From assembly GCA_903832285.1 (NCBI GenBank), contig CAILAY010000159.1, positions 13,808 to 77,807 on the forward strand: a DNA stretch of 64,000 bases. The letters are read 5' to 3'. This document shows, piece by piece, positions 38,684-47,303 of this stretch. Both the position numbers and the translations under genes were made by a program. Each line of letters begins with the position of its first letter. The first letter of the stretch is position 1. The DNA is from an uncultured beta proteobacterium. Lineage in GTDB: Bacteria; Pseudomonadota; Gammaproteobacteria; Burkholderiales; Burkholderiaceae_C. The notes beneath the pieces were generated by a model. That model worked only from the letters and a program-made list of their open reading frames with translations, was not told where the DNA came from and did no database searches.

Positions 38684-39721
38684 ATGCCCGTTACGATCAA
38701 GGACGTTGCACGCGAGGCGAAGGTCTCGGTCGCGACCGTGTCACGCGCCCTCAACGGGCTGGACAGCGTGACCGTCAAGACGCGGGATCGGGTGATGAAG
38801 GTTGCGGCAGAAATGCACTTCATTCCGTCGAGTGCCGCGCGCAGCCTGATTTCCCGGCGCACGCAAACGATCGGCGTGTTGCTGCCGGACCTGTACGGTG
38901 AGTTCTTCTCTGAATTGATTCGCGGCATCGACCAGGCGGCACGTGCGCACGGCCTGCATTTGTTGATCTCCAGCACCCGCGGTGACGCTGCCGAAGCCGC
39001 TGCAGTCATGAAATCGCTGCATGGTCGCGTCGACGGTCTGCTGGTCATGTCCCCGCACGCGGACGCCGAGTTCCTGTCCCGCAATCTGCCCCGCAACCTG
39101 CCTGCCGTACTCATGAGTAGCCGCGCCACAGGCGGCGTTTTGCCATCGTTCAGTGTCGACAATTACGGCGGCGCGGTGTCGATGATGCGCCACCTGGTCG
39201 GGCGTGGTCATAGCCGCATTGCCATGATCAACGGACCAGAACACAACTTTGATGCACAGGAGCGCCTGCGCGGCTATCGCGATGCCATGGCGCAGTTGGT
39301 GCCGGGCACCGAAGAGCTTGTGCTGCAGGGCGATTTTTCCGAAGAGTCTGGCTGGCGCACGGGAAACCAGATTCTTGCCTTGGCGCAACGCCCCACGGCG
39401 GTTTTTGCGGCCAACGACATGATGGCCATCGGTTGCCTGTTTGCGCTGAACGAAGCCGGTGTGCAGGTGCCCGGTGAAATCGCCCTGGCCGGTTTTGACG
39501 ACATTCCGATTGCGCGTTTTGTATCGCCTCCCTTGACCACGGTGCGCGTACGTATTGCAGAGTTGGGGTCCATGGCGCTGGAACGTCTGGCCATGGGCAT
39601 TGAACACCCTGAGCGCATGTCGGCGTCCCCACAGACGTTGCGCTGCGAACTGGTGGTGCGGAGTTCCTGCGGGCGACCGCAGGAGGGGTTGGTATTGGTG
39701 GGTTCAACAAAAGTCCGGTAA
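38684..39721 (+). CDS. LacI-family transcriptional regulator
   Basis: N-terminal HTH (MPVTIKDVAREAKVSVATVSRALNG) plus a periplasmic-binding-protein-like sugar-binding core. Confidence 0.93.
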   Translation: MPVTIKDVAREAKVSVATVSRALNGLDSVTVKTRDRVMKVAAEMHFIPSSAARSLISRRTQTIGVLLPDLYGEFFSELIRGIDQAARAHGLHLLISSTRGDAAEAAAVMKSLHGRVDGLLVMSPHADAEFLSRNLPRNLPAVLMSSRATGGVLPSFSVDNYGGAVSMMRHLVGRGHSRIAMINGPEHNFDAQERLRGYRDAMAQLVPGTEELVLQGDFSEESGWRTGNQILALAQRPTAVFAANDMMAIGCLFALNEAGVQVPGEIALAGFDDIPIARFVSPPLTTVRVRIAELGSMALERLAMGIEHPERMSASPQTLRCELVVRSSCGRPQEGLVLVGSTKVR

Positions 39722-39747
39722 ATCGTGATTTCAACAGGAGAAAAACA

Positions 39748-42579
39748 GTGAGACAACATTTCAAAATGCACAGATTCAGCAAGACCATCATCGCCGGCCT
39801 GATCACTGGCGGTGCCCTGCTGACGCAACCGGCGTTCGCTCAACTGAGCAGTGCCACCATTCGCGGGCAAATCACTCAGGCCGGAGCCCCGGCCACGACG
39901 CCGGTACAAATTGTCGCCACCAACAAGGCCACCGGCGTGGCGCATAAGGCGACCGCAAGGGCCGACGGGACCTATGTCCTGCTCGGCTTGCCGCCGGGCA
40001 GCTACGCCATCAGCGTGGTGGGTTCCAAGGAGACGTCGCAGGAAGTGACGGTGCAGGTGGGGGAAACCGCTTCTGTCGATCTGGCCTTGGCGGGTGCATC
40101 CGGGGCGACGCTGGACCGAGTCGAGGTCGTTGGTTCACTGCAACGCAAGGACGTGAAGAACTCCGAGGTCGGCACCAGTGTGTCACCCAAACAGATGGAC
40201 TCGCTACCTCAGATCACGCGCAACTTCCTGTCCTTCGCCGATCTGGCGCCGGGTGTGCGCTTTGAAACTGATCAGGTTTCGGGCTTCACGAAGATGCAAA
40301 GCGGCGCTCAAAGCGCGGACCACGTGAACGTGTTTGTCGACGGTGTCAGCCAGAAGAACTACGTTCTGACCGGTGGTGTATCGGGCCAGGACAGCAGCCG
40401 TGGCAACCCCTTTCCGCAGGCAGCCGTGGCTGAATACAAGGTCATCTCGCAGAACTACAAGGCAGAGTTTGATCAGGTCAGTAGCGCCGCCATCATCGCG
40501 GTATCCAAGACCGGTGGCAACGAAACGCATGGTGAAGCCTTTTGGGATCACACTGGCAGCAGTCTGACAAAAATGGACCCGTTCCAGCAAAAGGCGGCAG
40601 CAGCGGGAACACCGCGGCCTTCTTACAGCCAGGATCAATATGGTTTTAGCGTGGGTGGCCCGATCGTCGAGGACAAGATCCACTACTTCGTCAGCTACGA
40701 AGCCAAGGACAATACCAATCCGCGCCAAGTCTCGATGCAAAACCTGAGCGGCGTCGGAGGGGTAGTCCCGGCCCTGATCGCCGCAGAACAGGGATCTTCA
40801 ACGAACAGGTTCAAGGAGGACTTGCTGTTCGGCAAGATCGACTGGCAGTTGTCAGATGATCAGAGTCTGGAAATCACCGCCAAGTACCGCTCCGAAAAAG
40901 ACGCAGGGCTGCCGGAAAACTGGTCACTTAGCGGGATCAGCAATACCAAGGACAGATCCAATGACGAAACTCGGTTGGACGTGCGGCACGTGCTGACGCG
41001 CGACAACTGGTTGAACGAAGCCCACCTGGGCTATGAGCATTCCAACTGGAATCCACATCCAACAATCAACGCTCCCCTGATCCAGTACAAGACCACCGGA
41101 TGGGGCGATATCATCTGGACCGGCGGAAGCCCGGACTTGCAGAACAAAGGGCAAACGGCAACGCTGTTGCAGGACGATCTGACCTATACCGGCATTGCGA
41201 CGCACACGCTCAAGACGGGTGTCAAACTGAAGATCGCTGAATTCGACATGTCCGGTACGCAGAATGCGGTGGTGAACATGGCGCGCTTCATTCAGCCCGA
41301 CGGTACGGTCAATCAAACACTGAACCCGGACGTCATCTTCAGCCCGGCAACAGCACCCGTCAAAGCGAAATTCAAAGACAACCAGTTCGGCATTTACCTG
41401 CAGGACGACTGGCAGGTGAGCAAGCAGACGGAACTCAATCTCGGCGTGCGCTGGGATTACGAGGACAACATGCTGAATAACAAGTATGTCATGCCGGCAG
41501 ACCGTGTGGCAGCGTTGATGGGCCCAGATACCCGCGCCGGAGCGGCACCAGGCCAGACCTACGCCCAATCCTTGGCCAAGGGCGGCATCAATATCAGTGA
41601 CTACATCGGGACTGGCAATCGCAAGTCATTCACCGGCGCCATCCAACCGCGACTCGGCACGTCGTATGACATCACGGGCGACAAGGGTTCGGTGCTGTTT
41701 GCGGGCTGGGGTCGCGCCTACGACCGCACATTGGCAAACAACACGCTGGATGAACTCAGCAAGAACATGGCGGCGAACGGTGAAATTTGGGGCATCAAGA
41801 ACAACGTCAAGATGCCGTTCACCGATCAGTTCAGCGTGGGTCTGCGCCAGAAATTGGGGAACTGGAACGGTGAAGTGACTTACACCAAATCACAACAGTT
41901 CAATCAATTTGTGCTGTTCTCGGGCAACCGCGATCCGAACGGCGGCTTTGGTGGCTCTGGCCCGGCAGATCCGCTCTGGGGCGGAGCACCCGGGTTCGGC
42001 AATCTGGTGCTCGGTGACTTCACCGGAAAGACCCGCACGCAGACCATCTTCCTGAAGGCTGACAAGCCATACACCAAGACGTCCGGTTGGGGCACAACCA
42101 TCGCGTATACCAACAGCAAGGGTGAAACGACCAACGCCGAGGGGACGACCGATGTGTTCTCGTGGACTTCGGGTCCCGGAGGCAAGTTTGCAGGCACCGG
42201 TCTGCATGCGAGCAACGACGTGGAGCGTCACCGTGTGGTCGCGACGGGCATCGTGGACATTCCCTATGGCTTCCTGCTGTCGGGCAAGCTGACCTGGGGC
42301 TCGGGGTTGAACTACACCTACATGGATTGCTCGGCGGGTTGCGCCTGGTTCCACGACAAAACGCAGGCCTCGACCACGCAACTTGACGCCGGAGTGTCCA
42401 AGGAATTCGCGCTGCCTGGGAAGACCCGGATCGTGGCCCGAGTTGACGTCATCAACCTGCTCAATGCCAACAACTGGGGCGCCTACGATCGGTTCCCTTG
42501 GGACTCGACATATCAACAGCCGACAGGAATGTCGGGCCCGATGCGCACCATCAAACTGGGCCTAAAATTCCTCTTCTAG
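39748..42579 (+). CDS. TonB-dependent outer-membrane receptor with N-terminal carboxypeptidase-regulatory-like domain
   Basis: Signal peptide (..TQPAFAQ), CarbopepD_reg-like segment (ATIRGQIT..DGTYVLLGLPPGSYAISV), plug (LDRVEVVGS..), a long beta-barrel and a terminal aromatic residue (..LGLKFLF). AGGAG lies 7 nt before GTG 39748. Confidence 0.9.
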   Translation: MRQHFKMHRFSKTIIAGLITGGALLTQPAFAQLSSATIRGQITQAGAPATTPVQIVATNKATGVAHKATARADGTYVLLGLPPGSYAISVVGSKETSQEVTVQVGETASVDLALAGASGATLDRVEVVGSLQRKDVKNSEVGTSVSPKQMDSLPQITRNFLSFADLAPGVRFETDQVSGFTKMQSGAQSADHVNVFVDGVSQKNYVLTGGVSGQDSSRGNPFPQAAVAEYKVISQNYKAEFDQVSSAAIIAVSKTGGNETHGEAFWDHTGSSLTKMDPFQQKAAAAGTPRPSYSQDQYGFSVGGPIVEDKIHYFVSYEAKDNTNPRQVSMQNLSGVGGVVPALIAAEQGSSTNRFKEDLLFGKIDWQLSDDQSLEITAKYRSEKDAGLPENWSLSGISNTKDRSNDETRLDVRHVLTRDNWLNEAHLGYEHSNWNPHPTINAPLIQYKTTGWGDIIWTGGSPDLQNKGQTATLLQDDLTYTGIATHTLKTGVKLKIAEFDMSGTQNAVVNMARFIQPDGTVNQTLNPDVIFSPATAPVKAKFKDNQFGIYLQDDWQVSKQTELNLGVRWDYEDNMLNNKYVMPADRVAALMGPDTRAGAAPGQTYAQSLAKGGINISDYIGTGNRKSFTGAIQPRLGTSYDITGDKGSVLFAGWGRAYDRTLANNTLDELSKNMAANGEIWGIKNNVKMPFTDQFSVGLRQKLGNWNGEVTYTKSQQFNQFVLFSGNRDPNGGFGGSGPADPLWGGAPGFGNLVLGDFTGKTRTQTIFLKADKPYTKTSGWGTTIAYTNSKGETTNAEGTTDVFSWTSGPGGKFAGTGLHASNDVERHRVVATGIVDIPYGFLLSGKLTWGSGLNYTYMDCSAGCAWFHDKTQASTTQLDAGVSKEFALPGKTRIVARVDVINLLNANNWGAYDRFPWDSTYQQPTGMSGPMRTIKLGLKFLF

Positions 42580-42597
42580 GCTGAATCACTGGGCCTC

Positions 42598-42627
42598 CCG
42601 CAGTGACGATCATTTTCGTCACTGCGG
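42598..42627 (+). terminator. hairpin after the TonB-dependent receptor gene
   Basis: CCGCAGTGACGA (42598-42609) and TCGTCACTGCGG (42616-42627) form a 12-bp perfect stem with a 6-nt loop. No U-tract follows. It may be a partial terminator or an mRNA-processing element. Confidence 0.4.
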
Positions 42628-42794
42628 CGGTCGCCCTGACAGAGTTTGATGTCCAAACCTGGAAGGGGTTGTGTGCCCTGACGCCCGCAGTCATCGATTT
42701 GCGCAGCCCGTGGCGGGAAGTACCATCAGCCTCATGATCGCCATGCCCAGTCATCTTTCGGGCAAGCGATCCGTTGCGCTCTTCAACATATTCT

Positions 42795-44297
42795 ATGAAC
42801 GTCCAAACCCGCCAACCCTGGCTGATCGCGCCGCTGGTCACGTTGCTGATTGCCGGCCTTTTGGGCGGCTGCGTGGGCGGTTGCAGCAGCTCTGGCGGCG
42901 GGGCCACAACCAGCACGCCGGGCACGCCAGCCGCGCTGCTTCCGCCTCCCCTGCCGATCCCCGCGCCGCCGTTGCCCGCGCTGTTTGACGACCTGCAAAA
43001 AAGCACGTTCAACTTTTTCTGGGACACGGCCAATCCGGTCAACGGCATGGTGCCCGACCGCTGGCCCAATCCGCCGTTTGCCAGCATTGCCTCCGTGGGT
43101 TTTGCGCTCACCGCCTATGGGGTTGGAGTCGAACGCGGCTACATCACGCGCTCTCAGGCCCGGGACCGCACGCTGACCACGGTGCGCTTTTTCCGCGATG
43201 CGCCGCAGGGCCCAGAAGCCACCGGCAAATCCGGCTACAAGGGGTTTTTCTATCACTTTCTGGACATGACTACAGGCGCTCGGTTTGACAAGACCGAACT
43301 CTCCACCGTGGACACTTCGCTGCTGCTGGCGGGCTTGCTGTTTTCCCAGTCCTACTTCGACGGCGCTGACGCGCAGGAGACGGAAATCCGCGCTGCGGTG
43401 GACACAATTGCGGGTCGCGTGGATTGGGCCTGGGCGCAGCAAAATCATGCGCCCAAAGTGAGCATGGGCTGGTTGCCTGAAAGCGGTTATATCAACGCGG
43501 ACTGGGCTGGTTACAACGAAGCCATGCTGGTGGTCCTGATGGGGTTGGCCTCGCCGACGCAGCCTTTGGCCGCGTCGGTCTGGACCGATCTGACTGCCAC
43601 TTACGACGCCGATTGGAGTCGCACGCAGGGCTACGACTACCTCAGCTTTCAGGCGCTGTTTGTGCACCAGTTCACGCACCTGTGGGTGGATTTTCGCAGC
43701 ATCCAGGACGCGTACATCAAGGGCCGAGGAATCGACTATTTCGAGAACAGTCGCCGTGCCACTTATGCACAACGCGCCTACGCCATCGCCAATCCCTTGC
43801 ATTGCAAAGGCTATGGCGCCAACATATGGGGCATCAGTGCCAGTGACGGACCGGGGGATCTCAAAGTGGTTGACTATGCGGGGCAGCAGCGCCAGTTCAA
43901 GGACTATTTTTCGCGCGGCGTTGGTTTGCCTGATCCGTTTGACGACTGCACCATCGCACCCTCGGCGGCTACCTCGTCGCTACCTTTTGCGCCCGAGTTG
44001 GTGATTCCTGCGGTGCAGGAGATGCAGCAAACTTACGGTGCCACGCTCTACGCCCAGTACGGATTTCTTGAGGCCTTCAATCCGAGCTTTGTCGACATCC
44101 AGGCCACGCTGAGCAACGGGCGCGTGGCGCCGGGTTTTGGCTGGGTGGACACCGCCTATGTGGGCATCGACCAAGGACCGATGGTGGGCATGATCGAAAA
44201 CTATCGCAGCGACTTCGTCTGGCGCACGATGCGCAAGAACACCAACCTGCGGCGTGCCTTGCTAAGCGCCGGGTTCAGCGGCGGCTGGCTGAACTGA
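42795..44297 (+). CDS. lipoprotein, glucoamylase-like (PF10091-type) protein, candidate GH144 endo-beta-1,2-glucanase
   Basis: Lipobox (LLIAGLLGGC) followed by a Ser/Gly/Pro linker. The core (..FNFFWDTANPVNGMVPDRW..SIASVGFALTAYGV..GFFYHFLDM..ELSTVDTSLLLAG..) matches my memory of the 'putative glucoamylase' domain family that includes the characterised Chitinophaga GH144 enzyme. Family assignment is not verified by search. Confidence 0.6.
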   Translation: MNVQTRQPWLIAPLVTLLIAGLLGGCVGGCSSSGGGATTSTPGTPAALLPPPLPIPAPPLPALFDDLQKSTFNFFWDTANPVNGMVPDRWPNPPFASIASVGFALTAYGVGVERGYITRSQARDRTLTTVRFFRDAPQGPEATGKSGYKGFFYHFLDMTTGARFDKTELSTVDTSLLLAGLLFSQSYFDGADAQETEIRAAVDTIAGRVDWAWAQQNHAPKVSMGWLPESGYINADWAGYNEAMLVVLMGLASPTQPLAASVWTDLTATYDADWSRTQGYDYLSFQALFVHQFTHLWVDFRSIQDAYIKGRGIDYFENSRRATYAQRAYAIANPLHCKGYGANIWGISASDGPGDLKVVDYAGQQRQFKDYFSRGVGLPDPFDDCTIAPSAATSSLPFAPELVIPAVQEMQQTYGATLYAQYGFLEAFNPSFVDIQATLSNGRVAPGFGWVDTAYVGIDQGPMVGMIENYRSDFVWRTMRKNTNLRRALLSAGFSGGWLN

Positions 44298-44299
44298 AG

Positions 44300-45586
44300 A
44301 TGCTGGCGCCACGCCGCTTTCTGGCGCGCTTGTCCGGCTCCATCGGCCTGGCGTGCCTGTTGGCGTTGGCCGCATGTGCGCCCCGGCAGGAAACGGTGAG
44401 CTTCTGGGCCATGGGGCGCGAGGGCGAAGTCGTGGCCGAACTGTTGCCCGAGTTTGAACGCACACATCCCGGTATCAAGGTGGTGGTGCAGCAATTACCC
44501 TGGACCGCTGCACACGAAAAATTGTTGACCGCGTTTGCTGGCGATGCCACCCCTGACGTGGCGCAGTTGGGCAACACCTGGATTCCGGAGATGGCCGCGC
44601 TGGGTGCATTGGAACCATTGCGGCCGCGCGTTGCAACCTCGAGCGTGATTGTGCAGACCGATTACTTCCCAGGCATCTGGGACACCAATGTGATCGGCGG
44701 CGAAGTCTTCGGCGTGCCCTGGTATGTGGACACACGGCTGCTGTTTTATCGCAAGGATCTGCTGGCGCAGGCGGGCTTCACCGCACCGCCCTCAACCTGG
44801 GACGAATGGCGAAAGATGCTGGCCGCGATCAAGGGCAAGGCGGGAGCAGAGCGTTACGCGGTGCTGCTGCCCGTGAACGAGTTCGAACCGCTGCTGGTGC
44901 TGGGATTGCAGCAGGGCGCGCCGCTGCTGCGCGACGACGGACGTTGGGGAAATTTTCGCAGCGACGACTTCCGCAAGGCATTGGGTTTTTACCGCGAGAT
45001 GTTCGAGCGCGGCTGGGCGCCGGCCATGACCAACAACCAGATCGCGAATCTATACACTGAGTTTGGTCGTGGCTACTTTTCTTTCTACGTCTCGGGTCCG
45101 TGGAACATCGGCGAGTTCAAACGCCGTTTGCCAACCGAACAGCAAGACCAATGGATGACGGCCCCCATGCCGGGGCCGGAGGGACCGGGCGCGTCCACTG
45201 CAGGCGGCTCCAGTCTGGCTGTTTTCAAGGCGTCCAGGCACAAGGCGCAGGCCTGGGCGCTGGTGGAATATTTGTCCAGTCCGGCAGTGCAAGAGCGCTT
45301 TCACGCGCTCACGGGAAACCTGCCGCCACGTCGTTCCGTGTGGGCCACAGCAGCCCTGGCGAACGATGTCTATGCGCAGGCATTTCGAGCGCAACTGGAG
45401 CGGGTCAAGCCCTCGCCCAAGGTGCCCGAATGGGAGCGCATCGCCAACGAAATGCAGTTGCTCGCGGCTCAGGTGGTGCACGGCAAGCTCACGGTGGACC
45501 AGGCCGTGACGGAACTGGACGCAAGAGTGGATGCCTTCCTCGAAAAGCGTCGCTGGATGCTGAAGCAGGGGGGTGCCAAACCATGA
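44300..45586 (+). CDS. ABC transporter sugar-binding lipoprotein (CUT1 family)
   Basis: Lipobox (LLALAAC) and an extracellular solute-binding family-1 pattern (..VSFWAMGREGE..LPWTAAHEKLLTAFAGD..PDVAQLGNTW..). Confidence 0.9.
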   Translation: MLAPRRFLARLSGSIGLACLLALAACAPRQETVSFWAMGREGEVVAELLPEFERTHPGIKVVVQQLPWTAAHEKLLTAFAGDATPDVAQLGNTWIPEMAALGALEPLRPRVATSSVIVQTDYFPGIWDTNVIGGEVFGVPWYVDTRLLFYRKDLLAQAGFTAPPSTWDEWRKMLAAIKGKAGAERYAVLLPVNEFEPLLVLGLQQGAPLLRDDGRWGNFRSDDFRKALGFYREMFERGWAPAMTNNQIANLYTEFGRGYFSFYVSGPWNIGEFKRRLPTEQQDQWMTAPMPGPEGPGASTAGGSSLAVFKASRHKAQAWALVEYLSSPAVQERFHALTGNLPPRRSVWATAALANDVYAQAFRAQLERVKPSPKVPEWERIANEMQLLAAQVVHGKLTVDQAVTELDARVDAFLEKRRWMLKQGGAKP

Positions 45587-46473
45587 AACGACATCTGCCA
45601 ATCCGTGTCGCGGCCTGGGGTTTTGTCGGTCCGGCGCTACTCTCCATCGCCGCATTTTTCGTGTTGCCGGTGTTGGCGGCGCTGGCCTTGAGCGTGACGG
45701 ACTTCGACCTGTACGCTCTGGCTGATTTGCGCAACCTGCGCTTTGTCGCACTGGACAACTATCTTGCGCTGCTGCACAAGCCGCTGTTCTGGCAGGCGCT
45801 GGGTAACACCGCATACTTTGTCGTCGTGGGTGTGCCGCTGTCCATTGTTGCGTCGCTCGCCTGTGCCTTGTTGCTGCACTCCAAACTGGCGCGCTTCAAG
45901 CCGTTTTTTCGCACCGCGCTGTTTGCCCCGGTGGTCACCACCGTGGTCGCCGTGGCCGTGATCTGGCGCTATCTTTTCCATGTGCGCTACGGCCTGCTGA
46001 ACTACGGTCTCGGTGGATTGGGCATCGGTCCGATCGACTGGCTGGGTGATCCGCACTGGTCCATGCCCACCATCATCCTGTTCGCCGTGTGGAAGAACTT
46101 TGGCTACAACATGATCATCTTTCTGGCCTCACTGCAAAGCGTGCCGGAAGACCTGTACGAGGCCGCCCGCATCGACGGTGCAAACGCGGTCGAGCAGTTC
46201 TGGCACATCACCCTGCCGATGCTGGGGCCAACCCTTTTGATGGTCAGCATCATGACCATGGCGGGCTATTTCCAGATGTTTGCCGAGCCCTACGTGATGA
46301 CACAGGGCGGTCCGCTGCAAAGCACCTACAGCGTGCTGTATCTGATGTACGACGAAGGCTTCAAGTGGTGGAACCTGGGTTTCGCCTCTTCGGTGGCGTT
46401 TGTGTTGTTCGCCATGATGCTGGTGCTGACGCACGGCCTGCTGTGGTTTGCGCGGCGCAAGGGGGCATTGTGA
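45583..46473 (+). CDS. ABC sugar transporter permease (MalF/UgpA-like)
   Basis: Six-TM BPD_transp_1 protein with the EAA loop (YEAARIDGANAVEQFWHITLPML). ATGA overlap with the binding-protein gene. Confidence 0.92.
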   Translation: MKRHLPIRVAAWGFVGPALLSIAAFFVLPVLAALALSVTDFDLYALADLRNLRFVALDNYLALLHKPLFWQALGNTAYFVVVGVPLSIVASLACALLLHSKLARFKPFFRTALFAPVVTTVVAVAVIWRYLFHVRYGLLNYGLGGLGIGPIDWLGDPHWSMPTIILFAVWKNFGYNMIIFLASLQSVPEDLYEAARIDGANAVEQFWHITLPMLGPTLLMVSIMTMAGYFQMFAEPYVMTQGGPLQSTYSVLYLMYDEGFKWWNLGFASSVAFVLFAMMLVLTHGLLWFARRKGAL

Positions 46474-46484
46474 AATCGCGTGCC

Positions 46485-47303
46485 ATGAAGCAACCGGTTG
46501 CCACCGCCATCGTCAACGGTCTGCTCATCGGCATTGCGACGGTGAGCCTGGCACCGCTGTTGTGGATGCTGTCGGTGTCGTTCATGGTGGCGGGCGAGGC
46601 CAGCACGTTTCCGCCGCCGCTGTTGCCGGCGCACGCCACGCTCGCCAACTACCGCGAGTTGTTCGAGCACGCCGGTATGGGCCGCTACTTCCTGAACAGC
46701 ACTTTGCTGGCGAGCGCTGTGACCCTGATCTCGCTGCTGTTCAACGTGATGGCCGGCTACGCCTTCGCCAAGCTGCCGTTTCCCGGACGCGAACCGATCT
46801 TCAAGGCCATGCTGGCGGCGTTGGTGATTCCGGGGCAGGTGGCCATGATGCCGCTGTTCCTGATGCTGAAGAACATGGGACTGGTGAATACTTATGGCGG
46901 CATTTTGATTCCGGGCCTGGCCAGCATCTTCGGCATATTTCTGGTGCGCCAATACGCGCGTACGATCCCCGATGACTTGCTGGAGGCGGCGCGCATCGAC
47001 GGCGCCAGTGAGTCCCGCATCTTCTTCAGCATCGTGCTCCCGCTACTCAAACCGGTGCTGGTGACCTTGGCGATCTTCACCTTCCTGGGTTGCTGGAACG
47101 ATTTCATGTGGCCGCTGATCGTGCTCACCGACAGCGACCTGCACACCTTGCCGGTGGCATTGTCGGCGTTGTCGCGTGAGCACGTGCAGGACAACGAATT
47201 GATGATGGCGGGCTCGGTGGTGACCGTGCTGCCCGTGCTGGCGCTGTTCCTCGTGATGCAGCGCTACTACATCCAGGGTTTGCTGATGGGGAGCGTGAAG
47301 TGA
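46485..47303 (+). CDS. ABC sugar transporter permease (MalG/UgpE-like)
   Basis: EAA loop (LEAARIDGASESRIFFSIVLPLL). An alternative GTG start at 46470 overlaps the upstream stop. Confidence 0.92.
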   Translation: MKQPVATAIVNGLLIGIATVSLAPLLWMLSVSFMVAGEASTFPPPLLPAHATLANYRELFEHAGMGRYFLNSTLLASAVTLISLLFNVMAGYAFAKLPFPGREPIFKAMLAALVIPGQVAMMPLFLMLKNMGLVNTYGGILIPGLASIFGIFLVRQYARTIPDDLLEAARIDGASESRIFFSIVLPLLKPVLVTLAIFTFLGCWNDFMWPLIVLTDSDLHTLPVALSALSREHVQDNELMMAGSVVTVLPVLALFLVMQRYYIQGLLMGSVK

